Source of the DNA: Takakia lepidozioides
Lineage: Eukaryota > Plantae > Bryophyta
Direction of reading: 5' to 3'
Length of the DNA stretch: 64,000 nucleotides
Assembly: GCA_030704615.1 (NCBI GenBank)
Contig: CM060734.1
Location: 16,554,001-16,618,000 of the forward strand
The stretch's first letter is position 1; each line of letters starts with the position of its first letter. The position numbers were made by a program, and so were the translations under genes. The notes below the pieces were generated by a model. It saw only the letters and a program-made list of their open reading frames with translations. It had not been told where the DNA came from and did not search any database. Shown here piece after piece: positions 26,091 to 38,539 of the stretch.

Positions 26091-26220
26091 TGCAGCACGA
26101 TTTGCATGTTGAAACACAAAAACAGTCACGGGCTGCGCCAGTGATACCAACGGAGTATGGAGCACTTGTCATTAAGCTGAGCGTGTATGGCCAGGGGGGG
26201 AAGTACAGGTGTTCGCATAG

Positions 26221-26362
26221 CTATCACAGCCCATCACAGAGTGACACAATTTATCACAGCCCACCAAGGTGCCACACAGCCTATCACAGCCCACCACAGT
26301 GTCACACTTTCCATCACAGTTCACCACAGTCTGACACAGCCTGTCACAGCCCAACACAGCCC
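26221..26362. repeat. 30-bp minisatellite (about 4.7 copies) downstream of integrase
   Basis: Units resembling CTATCACAGCCCACCACAGTGTCACACAGC. Confidence 0.8.
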
Positions 26363-27147
26363 ACGCGGGTTGCACAGTCCATAGGGTCAGTGACAGGTGG
26401 TCGCGGGTTAACGTCAGAGAAGTGGCTGCCAAGTGAAAGAACAGCTTGGAAGTCAAACACAGAGAATGTGCCACGCGGACAGGGGAAGAAGGAAGCATGT
26501 TTAAAAACGAACACGTGGCCACTAGAGCGAAGCACACCGCGGTGCATATATTGCGAAAGTGGGTGTCATCATGTAAGAGGACAAACTGGGCCGGTCAACG
26601 ACCTATCCGGTACATCAACCAAAACTATTGTGGGGCCCATTAATGCATTCAGGGCAAGGTAACGGAACCCTTATGAGTACAGAAAAGGGGGACTTTTGCC
26701 ACATGGGCTGTCCTAGTGGACATTCCAGGGGGGGATGTCCACTAAAGGGAGTAAAATTAAGGAGTTACCCAAGGAGGCAACAGCCAATCACGAGCGAGAA
26801 TTTCATGCCGGTGGTTCCCTCCAAGAAACAAGAACAAGAAATTAGGGGAGTTATGAGCGCAAGAGTCGGGGTGGCTCCGAATAGCCAATGTCTCGACGGG
26901 AGGGGCAATCAAAGCTATAGCTTTGTAGCTATGGCGGATATTACAGATTACACGCTCACTTTACTTCTCACGCAGAGTGCGCAAGGAGGACGGGTTGAGA
27001 GTACATTCTCTCTCACTCGATACTTGCAAGCCCCACAGGCTTACACACACTTACCCGTTCCATTCTGTGCCAACCGTATCTTTATGCTTTATGCCCTGCA
27101 AGCTTTCCTACAGTTGTTTCAAACAAGGCCTTCTTGTTTGTCTGGGA

Positions 27148-30100
27148 TGAAGAGAGTGAGGGGAATGGAGGATATCAGGGTGAAGAGCACCACGATCCTG
27201 CAGAAGCAAACAATTGCTACACCACAGGCAGTGCAGCTGCTGAGGGAGTTGCGATTGGAAGGGCTGCTACATAAGGATTGGTCCTTGCATCATCGGAAGT
27301 ATATGATACAATTCATTCAAAACTTTGACCCTCAGACACGAGTTACACAAGTGATGGGAGTAGATATAGAGATTACTCCCCAATACTTGCAGCAATTGTT
27401 TAAATTGCCATCAGACCGTGTGAATGTGGATGAGCACAGGGCAAGATTGCAGATAGTCAATTTGTTCCAAGAAGGGAGTTTCCTTAAGACTCTGGGATAC
27501 ACTTGCACCAAGGCCGAATACCCAGGGTTAAATGAAGTTGGTCAGGTTCTGAACGTTCTATTTGCCATGAAACAGTACCAACAATACCTTAGCAGATCAT
27601 TCACGGAGGAGATACTAAAAGCCTTGAGGGGGGAAGATGTGGCTTGGGCGGACTTAATGTGCAATGGGTTGGTGGAAGAGATGAAGCGGTTACACGGCAC
27701 TGCTGCTAAGTCTCCAATCGTTGTGTCTGGCCTAGTGATTGCGCAAATTGTTCTTGATTCTTACATACTTGATGCGCGAGAACGTAAGGAGATGGGAGTG
27801 TTTGAGGCAGCAACCACTTCAATGGAGCAGCAGGGCTCTTCACATGGTGAAGGTGGACTGGAGGGGCAACACCAGTCTAAGAGACATAAGCGGAATATGA
27901 CTGTAGTAGCAGATCCACTAGCTTCAAGAAAACCGCAAGATGATGTTTCCATAGCTCTTGTGCAGGATGGGGCACAATAGCACAGAGGGCTGTTATTACT
28001 GGAAGCATTACCTTTGGACAGGGAAGAAGAAGTCACTTCGGTACCACAGCCATCACAGCCAGTTGACTTGGTTATCTCAGAGGTTCCTCAGTTAGAACAT
28101 GCTATTGCACCAGAGCCTATTGCTCTGGAAGGAGAAGGGTTGGACATTCCCACTACAGAGCAGGTCGTAGCAGAAATTGAGAAGGGTGACATTCTCTATG
28201 AAAACTCTGGCTTGGTCAGGGAATCAGTGGTACCAGAGATGCAGAGTCTGTCCAGGGAAATCCCTGCTGAGCATGTAATACCCAACCTGTGACGGAGGTG
28301 CCAGGGGTAGAATGTAAGGACACGGCAGTACCGGTGGAGAATGAGGTTCTTCAGGAAGAAGATCTTGTGGGAACATGGCCTGAATGGTTGGTGAAACATC
28401 ACACTGTGGAGGATCAGGGAGAACAACAGCAAGTTCACCATGAAGACCCATAGCAGACCATGCTTATGAGTTCCATAAGCAGGATACTCAATTTGTTGGG
28501 TACTTATGTGAAATCCCATGTTCCATTTACACAATTAGCAGCTTTGAGGGAGGAACTCAAGCAGGAGTTTGAGGCAAGAATTGCCACCGAGTATGCAAAC
28601 AAGGTGGATGTGGAGGCCAGCCTCAAGTTGCAGAAAGAATTGGAGGACACAAAGGCTGCCTTGCAGTTGGCTAAGAAGAATTTGATTGAAGCAGGTCTCG
28701 AGCAGGAGAAGTTGCATGAAGCACATAAGCAACAGCTATACCAATTGCAGGTGAAGCATGAAGGCAAGTTGAAGGAAGTGAATGTGTTACATACAAAGTT
28801 GGAGGCAGTTCATCAAAGAATGACCATCCGATGTGCCACACTAACAACTGCTCTGGACCAAACTGCATTAGAAGTTAACAGACAAGCAGAGAGGTGTATG
28901 ATGGCAGAGGTTGAGACAGTCGAGCAAGGGAAACTCATTGCTGATTTGCAAGCTACTATCAATCGCAATGATGATACTTTCAAACAGTACAGTCAGGTTG
29001 ACGCTGAGAAGGAAATGTACAGTGTAACGTTGCAGCAAACACTCACGGCCCACAAGAATGAACTCTCTGTGGCTAAGAAGGCTTGGAAGGAAGCCAATAA
29101 TCTGGCTGCTGCCTATGCGGCCCTGGTTGAACCTCATGCAAAGCGCATGGAGGCTTTACAGCAGCAGATAGATGTGTACAGATTCAAGGAGGAGCAGACT
29201 TTCAGAGGTGCCACACAGGACTTGGTGGATATTTACCGTATGCAAGTGTGGTTAGCACAAGGGCCGGTAGAAGGCAAAGCACCAAGGAAGCTCACCCAGG
29301 GAGAGATGAATGATCTCAGATTGCAGGTGCAGAACATTGCCACAACTACTATAAACAAATGTCTATAGTAGAATAGCGGAGTTATAGGATGATGTGGAAG
29401 GCCTGCAGACTCAAGTGGATGACCTGAGTTCAAATATTGACAAGAGAGTCTTTGTTCCTGAGGAGCAGCTGGTGGCTACTTATTTGCATGCCAGGACTCT
29501 GATTTTTCAGTCTTCTTTGCAGGAGGTGCAGGAGTTGTCAGTGGTAGAAGGGCCAGTGGTGGCAATGTCACAGCTTCCACAGCAGGTGGCTGACCCTGTT
29601 GATACTATGGCAAAGTCACAACCTGAGGTTTGGGGGGATGCTGCTTTTCACCCACCTAGGACTCTGCTGCACTGGAGTACAATCGGGCAATGATTATGCC
29701 CTTCAACCAAATTCCCATTGTAATGGATTTGGCTTGGAAGGAATTTAGTCCTCCGCAGCCGTTGGCACATTATTACCATATCATGCGCATTTGGTTGCCA
29801 GTGGCAACTCGGACAAAGGTTCTTCTGAACAATCGACCCATTGAGGATCATCACTTTGCAAGGTACTGGTCTGAGGCAGGCACTATGCTGAAGGAATTAA
29901 TTGCCTTCCAGGTTGTACATGGGTACATCTATACCAAGACCAAGGAGGGATTTAGTATTGTCATGGGCTGTGGATTATACTGTGCTGCTTGTTTTATGGC
30001 ACGTTATCACATTGAGCAGCAGAAGATGCAATCACGATTTCTGAGTTATTCCAGTGGGGATCATTGGGTCTTACCTTCAGTGCCACCTCATATGTATCTG

Positions 30101-30669
30101 TATGATGCAAAAGTCATGATGCAGAAGGATTCCCAACTTCGTTCATGGTTTAATTTGGCTTGGAACAACTTGGCAACTGAGAAATTGGGCCCTGATGATA
30201 TTTTCTATAAGGGACATGAAGCCTGGAAATACTTACATTGTTCCAAAGTCATTGGCACACCTCTCACTTATACGGCTAAGGAGTTCAGGGAGTTCACTCA
30301 TTTTGCTTGCAAGCGTTTACAAGAGGTACTACAGTTTAAGCTTCCCGACATGGTGGGCCAACACTGTATGCCACGCAAGATTCCTGAGGAGCAAGGTAAA
30401 GTTCGGCCACTGAAACACCTCAGGGGGGAAGATGATTCTGATACTACTGGTTCAGTGGAGGATGATTTTGACATGGCGAAGGAGTATGAATTAGCGATGG
30501 CAGACAAAAGACGACGGGGATCTCCTATACCACAACATTTACCTTTTTCTCAAGCTAACACAGGGTTGGCTGTTCCAGCTAGTCGTCACTCATCTCCATC
30601 AGTCAGTGACAGGGCTCGAGCTCGCACACGGAGTCCTTCACGAGACTCTCACCGTCAGAAGGGTGCTCG
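27148..30669 (+). pseudogene. Long extra ORF 3' of pol in element C (plant-transposon-protein-like N-terminus, coiled coil, unknown C-terminal domain)
   Basis: Collinear ORF pieces broken by stops. IQFIQNFD..VMGVDIEITPQYLQQLFKLP and VAWADLM..SGLVIAQI resemble Athila/Tat extra-ORF domains; heptad-rich at 28460-29368. A paralog lies at 60040-60890. Confidence 0.65.
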
Positions 30670-31132
30670 GGGGGCTGCTATTTCATGAGCCATGAGCCAT
30701 GAGCGGCATGAGCCATGAGCAGAGTCGTAAGTGTGGAAAAAAACATGAGCAGCACTATTTTCCGGAAATGAGTGTCCGCGGGAATAGGGTTTAGGTGTGC
30801 CACGGTCATAGGGGGAGAAGGACTCCCGATGAAGGAGGTTCGGCAATGTTATTTAGAATTATATATTGAAAGGCAATGTTTCGCGAATGGTAGGGTGGTA
30901 CTGCTCTGTACAATGGGGGCCCCGTTCAGCCTACCAGCCATTTGCAAAATTCACCCACACTCCCAATCCCAAACGAAATGAGCAATGACGCATTCTCGGA
31001 ACAATGGACACATAATAGAATAAAAAGAGGGCACAATGAGGTTTTTATTGATCCACATGAATTGCATTTGAAGCACGTCTACTGTGCTGATTGTGCCCTC
31101 AAATCTTGAGCCCTGTGCCTACAGAATACAAG

Positions 31133-31698
31133 TCACGTTGTCAATGGGACTTCGACTGCTCTCAGAACTAGCTCATGAGTCCTGGGGCTCCTCCATGTAA
31201 AGTCGATTGCAGCCGTTGTACCGCCCCTAGTGATGTTCACCACAATGTGCCTGCCCTTCAATCATACCACCATCGAATATGGAAATCTTCACGTTTTTCG
31301 TCGTCCACACCAATGCGAATGTCCCATAACAATGGAGAAGAGGAGCGCACTCCTCGAGGAGAATAGGTCTCTCCGATGGAGTCCACCCACGTCCAGTGGC
31401 AGCAGTTCCACCGCAACAGCATAGCAGTGCGCCTTCTTCTGCATGGGTGACCGTCGTAGCTGGGAAAATCGGAATCGAGGATGCGCAGGAGCCACGGACT
31501 CCTCAAACCAAGATCGTCACCCCGCTCGAAGGCGTAGTGGCCTACGATATACTCAAAAGCCACCAATGTTTCCACAATCGAACCAGTATCTTCTGTGTAA
31601 TCTGTGTACCAGATAACAATGTCTCCCGATGTGGCCGAATACATTGCATAATCGATGCCTCCAAAGGGGCAGTCGTCCCGGTTCCGGAAGCACGGCAT
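31133..31698 (-). pseudogene. Unknown MULE accessory protein ORF-A (frameshifted copy)
   Basis: Near-identical to the intact 53066-53629 copy. Confidence 0.7.
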
Positions 31699-32199
31699 CC
31701 TTGCAAAGGAGGACCTGAGGACGACTTGGATGCCGATGACCTTGCGGACAGCTACGAAGCCCTTAGATTTTGGAAAAGATACGAAGCGGAAAGAGCAGTC
31801 CGGCCTCCAAAATGGAGCATCTGGGTCACACGTACCACCACGGACGGAGGTGGAACGTGTTCATCACGCCAGCGGTGGATGAACCCATACATCTTTCTCA
31901 TCAACAAGTTATAGTTTGAGATCTGCCACCGAAGTCCATCCCCCCGGATGGAAATTCGGCGCCGCATTTACATCGAAGACGGGATGGACTTCGTCGTGTC
32001 CAGTGGCTATCGGCCCACCTGGCAGTGGACTGTGCCCCTGGAATGTACCTCACTTCTGTATGAAGTGTTTCATTGTTTAATAACTCTCGGATTTGGCCAC
32101 TGTTACAATTTGATGTCTCATTTCTACAATTTGTCTGTCTGGTTGAATAAAGCAGAGTAACGGATGTGAGCATGTGTCAAAGAATATACCAGAGTAACG

Positions 32200-33060
32200 C
32201 AATGTCGGACATTGAAATGCGGCACCGCATTTCCATGTCGGCATCAAATGCGGCGCCGCATTTCCATGTCGGGATCGAAATGCGGTGCCGCATTTCCATG
32301 TCCGCATCGAAATGCGGCACCGCATTTCCATGTCGGACATCGAAATGCGGCACCGCATTTCCATGTCGGACATCGAAATTCGGCACCGCATTTCCATGTG
32401 GGACAAGAAAATGCGGTGCATCATTTCCGTCCAGGTACACGAAAATACCAACACGGGTCTATAAATTGATCAGAAAACGAGGTTGGCATGGCAAATGTGG
32501 CGACGCATTTCCAGCTTGGCAATGGAAACTTCTTTTTGGACAAGGGAATGCGGTGCCGCATTTCCGTCCAACACTTCGAAAAGTGCACCTATTTTCCGAC
32601 CAGCGCGATGGAATGCGTTACCGCATTTCCGAGAGAGGGTCTGCAAATTGACAAAATTGCGATGTCCGTTCTGGAAATGCGGCGCCGCATTTCCATGTCC
32701 GTCATCGACTTTTTTTTACAATGGAATGCGGTGCCAGTTTTTGCTGATGGGTCTGCAGTTCGAACAACCACCATCCCAATATGGAAATGCGGCACCGCAT
32801 TTCCAATCCCGCCATGTCGGCCTCCTTGTTCGACCTCCTTGTTCGACCTCTGTAAGCGTGGTGGCATCCATGCAATGAGCGGGAGAGGCCAAAACTGGCG
32901 TGTGGACAAAGGAAATTTTGGAAATGCGGCACCGCATTCCCAATTAAGATTACTTTTTACTATGCCAACATTGAAATGGAAAAAATTAGTCCCTCCCCTG
33001 TTTGGGAAATGCGGTGCCGCATTTCCAAAAGAGGTTCTTAGAGTTGCCAAAATTTTGGAA
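32200..33060. repeat. Cluster of GGAAATGCGG(C/T)(G/A)CCGCATTTCC palindromes (30-bp tandem at 32210-32400, then dispersed)
   Basis: Direct reading; mirrored at 43960-44632 and 51585-51665. Confidence 0.9.
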
Positions 33061-33216
33061 ATGCCCTGACCCATTTCTGATTTTGGGAGCGTCCTGGTTT
33101 GGGCGATTGTGTGGCTGGAATGCACACTGGAGAGGGGTCACGAATGTCGGGCAGAATTTTCTTTATATACTCTGGAAGAGAGAATTTACATTTACAGAGA
33201 CTTCATTAAAATTCTA

Positions 33217-36200
33217 TTAATCTTGAAAATCATCGGAATCCTCATCCTGTTCTAGACTGTCCTGCTCCTCCTCCACCCCCTCAGTGCCTCTCTCATCTCC
33301 AGCGGACTGCTCGTTGGCCAGGCTTTCGAAAAATCCCATCTTCCCCTTGCGGAACTGTCCATCTCACCTCCGTTGGGTCGTCTTCCTCCCTGTCTGCGTC
33401 GCTCTCATCCGCTGAATCACATATGTACTTTCGTACCCGTCTACCTGTCTGAGCTGCTGCCAACTCTTTCCTTATCCTTCTGTCCTCCCTAGCCCTCTCC
33501 AAAATCTGCTCTACTTTACTGGGATTCTCACTTCTTCTAATCGCTGTATTTGCGAGTTTAGCTGCATAACTAGGAAGGGAGTAGTCCCTCACCGGGCTCG
33601 TCATGAAGTCGGCCCTCGCAAAGAACGGGACATTCTTCCTGGCAGGAAGTGTAGGCCCTACATGTTTCGACCCGGACCCTGCAATCCTGACACATGACAA
33701 TCATCAACGAGACTAATGAGAACCACAGTCGGAAATTCCTTTGACATAAATGACCCAGAAGGCTTTGCAAACTTACAATGTTTGCACTCACTCGTATTCC
33801 GGGTTCTCCTCTGCATCAATGTCCACTGTGTCTTCCTCGGACTCCGACGAATCCGAGGAGACTTCCGCTCTGTCGGGAGCCTTCACATTCCGTTGCAGCC
33901 CCTCCAGATGGGATCCCCACACGGATGAATCCTCCTCGTAGGCAAAGAGGTGCCGGTCGGAAAACCGCCCAGCCCACATTGAGGGCACCTGTTACAATGC
34001 CATCCACACATTACCACATGGCGCTTCAGATGTTGCGAACTACATCCTAACGAGAATTTGCAGAACAGCAGAGATCAAGATTCTGCATACCTGTCCCACA
34101 GATGAGGTCCAGCACTGTGCCCTCCACGTCTGTGCATGTCTCCATAATTGTCTGAATGAAGGCAGGGCTCCGAGTCTGTGAGTACCGCAGGGGTTCCGTT
34201 GAAGTGAGGCTATGAGGGAGAAGTTCCTTGGGAACGTTGTTGAACAGAACGTCGTAATCGAGTGGGTCGCAGTTCGGGTCAACCTTTCCTCCCTCCTTCC
34301 GGAAAGCAAAGGTGGAGTTTTCCTTCACAAAGCAGTATGCATCGAACTGCTTCGTCTGCATACACAGGGGGAAAACGATTAGAAACCGAATGCGGCACCG
34401 CATTTGAAAGCACCCAAGCAAAGAATGGACGAGTGCCAGTGTCGTAATCACCTTCTTCCCTTCCGACCGAAGGCCCAGTGTGTTGATGCACGTCCACTTC
34501 TTTTTCAGAATCGGGACGGCGCTCTTGCGGGTCCACTTCGCAATTCCTGTCTGAGTGTTTTTCCTCTGCTCGCCAGGACAACCACACAGCCTCTGTCGTC
34601 CAACACCATGCGGGCAAGCCCGAATCCTTTCTTCCAAAAGTCCTCCGAGTACCTGTTCAAGATGGCAAAGCTTGCAGTCCTTCCACAGGCTCTCCGTCCG
34701 GAATATCCAAGATGATCATATCGCAAGACCACTCGGTGGCATTTCCGCCCCTCTACAATCCTTGTCTGCACACACCCTCAAAAGAACGAGACCATATTCT
34801 GAAATCCTGGGGGTGTCGGAAGGCTCTTCGGCAGTCGCCTTCTTCAGTGCTCTGCCCTTCAGACCCTCCATGGTCTTCATGTAGCCAACTTGGCTGCCCG
34901 TCCATCCAAAGCCGCCAAGAAACTCTCATTTACACACTGGAATACAGTTTCGGGAGCCACTTTCGGCCTCTTCATTTCCACCGGCTCGAAAGGGTGCCCC
35001 CATGGGGGTTGAAGAGTGCCTTCTTTGCCGAGCCAGTTCTCGTGCCTCTGGTGACAACGGTGGGCACAGGGGAGGCAGCCTGCGTTTGGGGGGGTGGGCT
35101 GGTTGCAAAGTCTCCATCGGAGTCCTCTTCCTCACCCTCTTCCTGAACAGGCGTTTCTGCTTTTCGTTTTGGCGGGTGTCAAAACAGCTGCTCCTTGCTG
35201 GCGAGTCCTTTCTTCGACCCTTCGTTGGGCTGCACAGCTGAATCCACCCGTCTTTTGGGCCATCTCAGCTGCCTTTCTGGATTCTTCCAGAGCAGCAGAT
35301 TCCTTTGCCGACTTTGGCCCAGCAGGGACACGTCTTTCCTTTCTCTCTCTTCTGCCAAGGAGTGCAGATCTTCTCAGACTCGTCAACAATACCGCCAGAC
35401 ATGTCACTGGTACCACGGGCATCCAACGAGATGCGCGGGATGCCATTGTTTCTGCATCTCGGGTGTGTAGACACAGCTGGGCCGCCACGGTCCAAGCATG
35501 AAGAACGGGGGCTCTTGAGCCAGGGCCCCCTGTCTGAAGGAGCACGTATTCATATACCTGCAAGGCAGTCAGCATGCGTGAGCAAAACTTGAGACCAACC
35601 TACTGGCAGAGTGCACCGAAAACATAAAATGCGAATGCGGTGCCGCATTTCCGAGACAAACCTCGTAACCAGGCTTCGCATACAAGGGCAGCTGTGCTTC
35701 ACCGGTAAACATTCGCATTGCAGCTTTCCCGCTCCCTCCTGATGTTGTAAACTCCACGCTCCTCTTGCTGTAGTAGCTCTCTGTGCGAAAAGGTTGTCCT
35801 TGTACGCACATCTGAAAACGTGTCACGTAGTCTTCCAAGGTCTGTGTTCCATCCCATTTGACGTACAAGCCGAACGAATTTGTGTTGGCAGTACGACTTG
35901 CTCCTTTGCATTCGACATTACCTGCCATTCCCAAATGCATTNNNNNNNNNNNNNNNNNNNNNNNNNNNNNNNNNNNNNNNNNNNNNNNNNNNNNNNNNNN
36001 NNNNNNNNNNNNNNNNNNNNNNNNNNNNNNNNNNNNNNNNNNNNNNNNNNNNNNNNNNNNNNNNNNNNNNNNNNNNNNNNNNNNNNNNNNNNNNNNNNNN
36101 NNNNNNNNNNNNNNNNNNNNNNNNNNNNNNNNNNNNNNNNNNNNNNNNNNNNNNNNNNNNNNNNNNNNNNNNNNNNNNNNNNNNNNNNNNNNNNNNNNNN

Positions 36201-38200
36201 NNNNNNNNNNNNNNNNNNNNNNNNNNNNNNNNNNNNNNNNNNNNNNNNNNNNNNNNNNNNNNNNNNNNNNNNNNNNNNNNNNNNNNNNNNNNNNNNNNNN
36301 NNNNNNNNNNNNNNNNNNNNNNNNNNNNNNNNNNNNNNNNNNNNNNNNNNNNNNNNNNNNNNNNNNNNNNNNNNNNNNNNNNNNNNNNNNNNNNNNNNNN
36401 NNNNNNNNNNNNNNNNNNNNNNNNNNNNNNNNNNNNNNNNNTTTTCTTGCCTCACCCTGTACAGCACTATGTGCCATGTGGGTATGCACTACGCATTCTC
36501 AGTGACCCTGCAAGGCACACTCTCACAGTTCAGTACACCGGAAGACGAGAAATCAAACCAAATGGAACCGAAATTCGGACCGGGATTTCGAATGTGCTAG
36601 GGAGGGTAGAGTATCCTTTACGAGTTGAGGTCCGCCATGGCATTCTTGAGGAGGAGGAGTCTGCCGCCTTCACCTTGAGGATGACAACACTCCACCATTT
36701 AATGCCCAGCCAATGTGCTTGGCATGGTTCTCTGCTTGAATGTACTCCCACCAGGCCCACCAGGCGAGAATCGGTGATTCCCGTCCACACAAAGAACATT
36801 TTTCCCGACATATGGCCGAAGTCGGTATCACCCTTCAGCGTCGCCCCGCTCGAATTCGTGGTTGCGAGTGTGCCAGTGGTACCCACGTTGACAATTCATC
36901 GGCAGTGGGTCCACGGGGTCGCCGTCCTCATTCTCTATGGAAACGTAAAACGCTGCCGATCCCAGACGGTACCTCCTGCTCGAAATGCGAACTTGAGCTT
37001 ATCCACATCTCCGGGAAGGGCCTGCCTGACGATGGGAAGGGAGACCATGCGACAAGATTGGGATTCGAAGAGTCCGCTGGAATAACCCTGCTGCCCAGAA
37101 CTCTCCAATGCTACTGTGTGTCTCCTCCAACATTTTATTCCGCTGCACTTTTGAAATCCTCCGGAGACATGTCTGTAGGTGCCGGTAGTGGCTGAGCAGG
37201 TGGAGCATCCTCAACTGGGCTGCACCTCTGGGGCCTGTTGTCGGGGCACTCTGCCACTGCAGAGGCCTCCTCCGGTCCTGCTAGCTCATCGGTGGTGAGG
37301 TCTGCCTCGAACGTTCAGCGGCATCCCCGCACCCTCCTCCGGTACGCCAAATCTAGATCACGGTCGATCCATTGCCTTCGGGGGGCGTTCAGCAGAGGAG
37401 TCGGCCCCAACATCTGCCGCGGGAAAATCCCTCCAGGACTGAGCTCAGCTCGTGGAAGCGGTTTTGCGGGAGATTGTTTCGGGACCTTCGCCCTGATTGC
37501 CTTCTGCTTCCTCATCTTGCAGGTGAAGGTGTCTGCTGCATAAATCTGTCTTCTACCCCTGCTGCTTCATTCGCGTTGGGGTGGGTGAATCGGCCGAGCC
37601 GGTTCAGAAGCCAGTAGAGGGACGGGCTGCTTCTTTCTTCTTCTTCGACTTTGCTGGAGAAGGGCCCCGACCCCTGCTGGCGATTCCTCCATGATCGAAG
37701 AACGCGAGTCGATCTCTGAGACTTTTGAACTTGCCCTTCGAGACCCGCGTCTTTGAATCGCAGAGGCTAGGCCCAAAAAGTCAGTATACCCGCGCTCGGT
37801 GATCGGGTGGGTGTACGTGCTGCAAGCTAGCCTCCTCGGACTCTTCCTGCGGCTCTTCGGATTTCCTGCGATCCACCTCCAGCACGTCCACCTTGCCTGT
37901 TAGGCTGCAAACATGTTCTGCATTCAATCTCCTAGCATTCAGTCTAAGAATTACAGAAGCAAAATGGGGGGTTCGGTGCTCGATCAGCTGCGCGCAGCCC
38001 ATCGCATGGAGCTCTCACTGGTGCTGGGTTTGCCTGAGTGCCTGCTGCTCGATGAGGAGATGGCAATCTCCTCCTGTAGACGCATCTGCTTCCTCCCCTT
38101 CGGCATTGGCCTCCGCCGAAGTATAAGTTCCGGAGCTTGCGACGAGGTCTCCTGTCTGGTGCACGAACTCCCCCCCCCCCTCCTCAGGTTCGAGCATAAG
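33217..38200 (-). pseudogene. Spliced accessory gene: ParB/Srx-like domain plus beta-class N4C/N6A DNA-methyltransferase-like domain
   Basis: MFFVW-DGNHR (36771-36799, one-base frameshift); WSCDMIILDIPDG (34693-34731; motif IV position); ARMVLDDRGCVVVL; RSPAFIQTIMETCTDVEGTVLDLICGTG (motifs X-I, ~34091-34172); LKRHVV. GT-AG introns present. Spans the N gap, has many indels, and the 5' end is approximate. Confidence 0.68.
35942..36441. other. Assembly gap (500 N)
   Basis: Run of n. Confidence 1.
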
Positions 38201-38539
38201 AAAACAGAGAGAGGGAAAAGGGCAAGAGTGCAGATGGAAAGGGCGCGAGAGGGGTGACTGAGTAGACAGACAAAAGTAGATGAAACGGCGGTGATGCACC
38301 ACTTTGGTTCGAAGGGTTTGGACGAAAGTGTCTCCTCGTGGAGTTTTGCGTCATTACGAATTCGAATCGTTGAGGTACGCCCGCCGTCCGAAAATCAAAC
38401 ATCACTTATCCAACGGTCAGCCGCGCCGCCTCATGCCCCTTCAGTCAGATAGAGTGCCGACATGTGCAGCAATTCCGTTGCTCCACGTGTTCACATTTCA
38501 AGGCATTTCCGTCCACGTCTGATGAGTTGGAGCGAGAAT

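Noticed and set aside
35569-37085. ORFs spanning the N run
   Set aside because: Artefacts of translating through the assembly gap.
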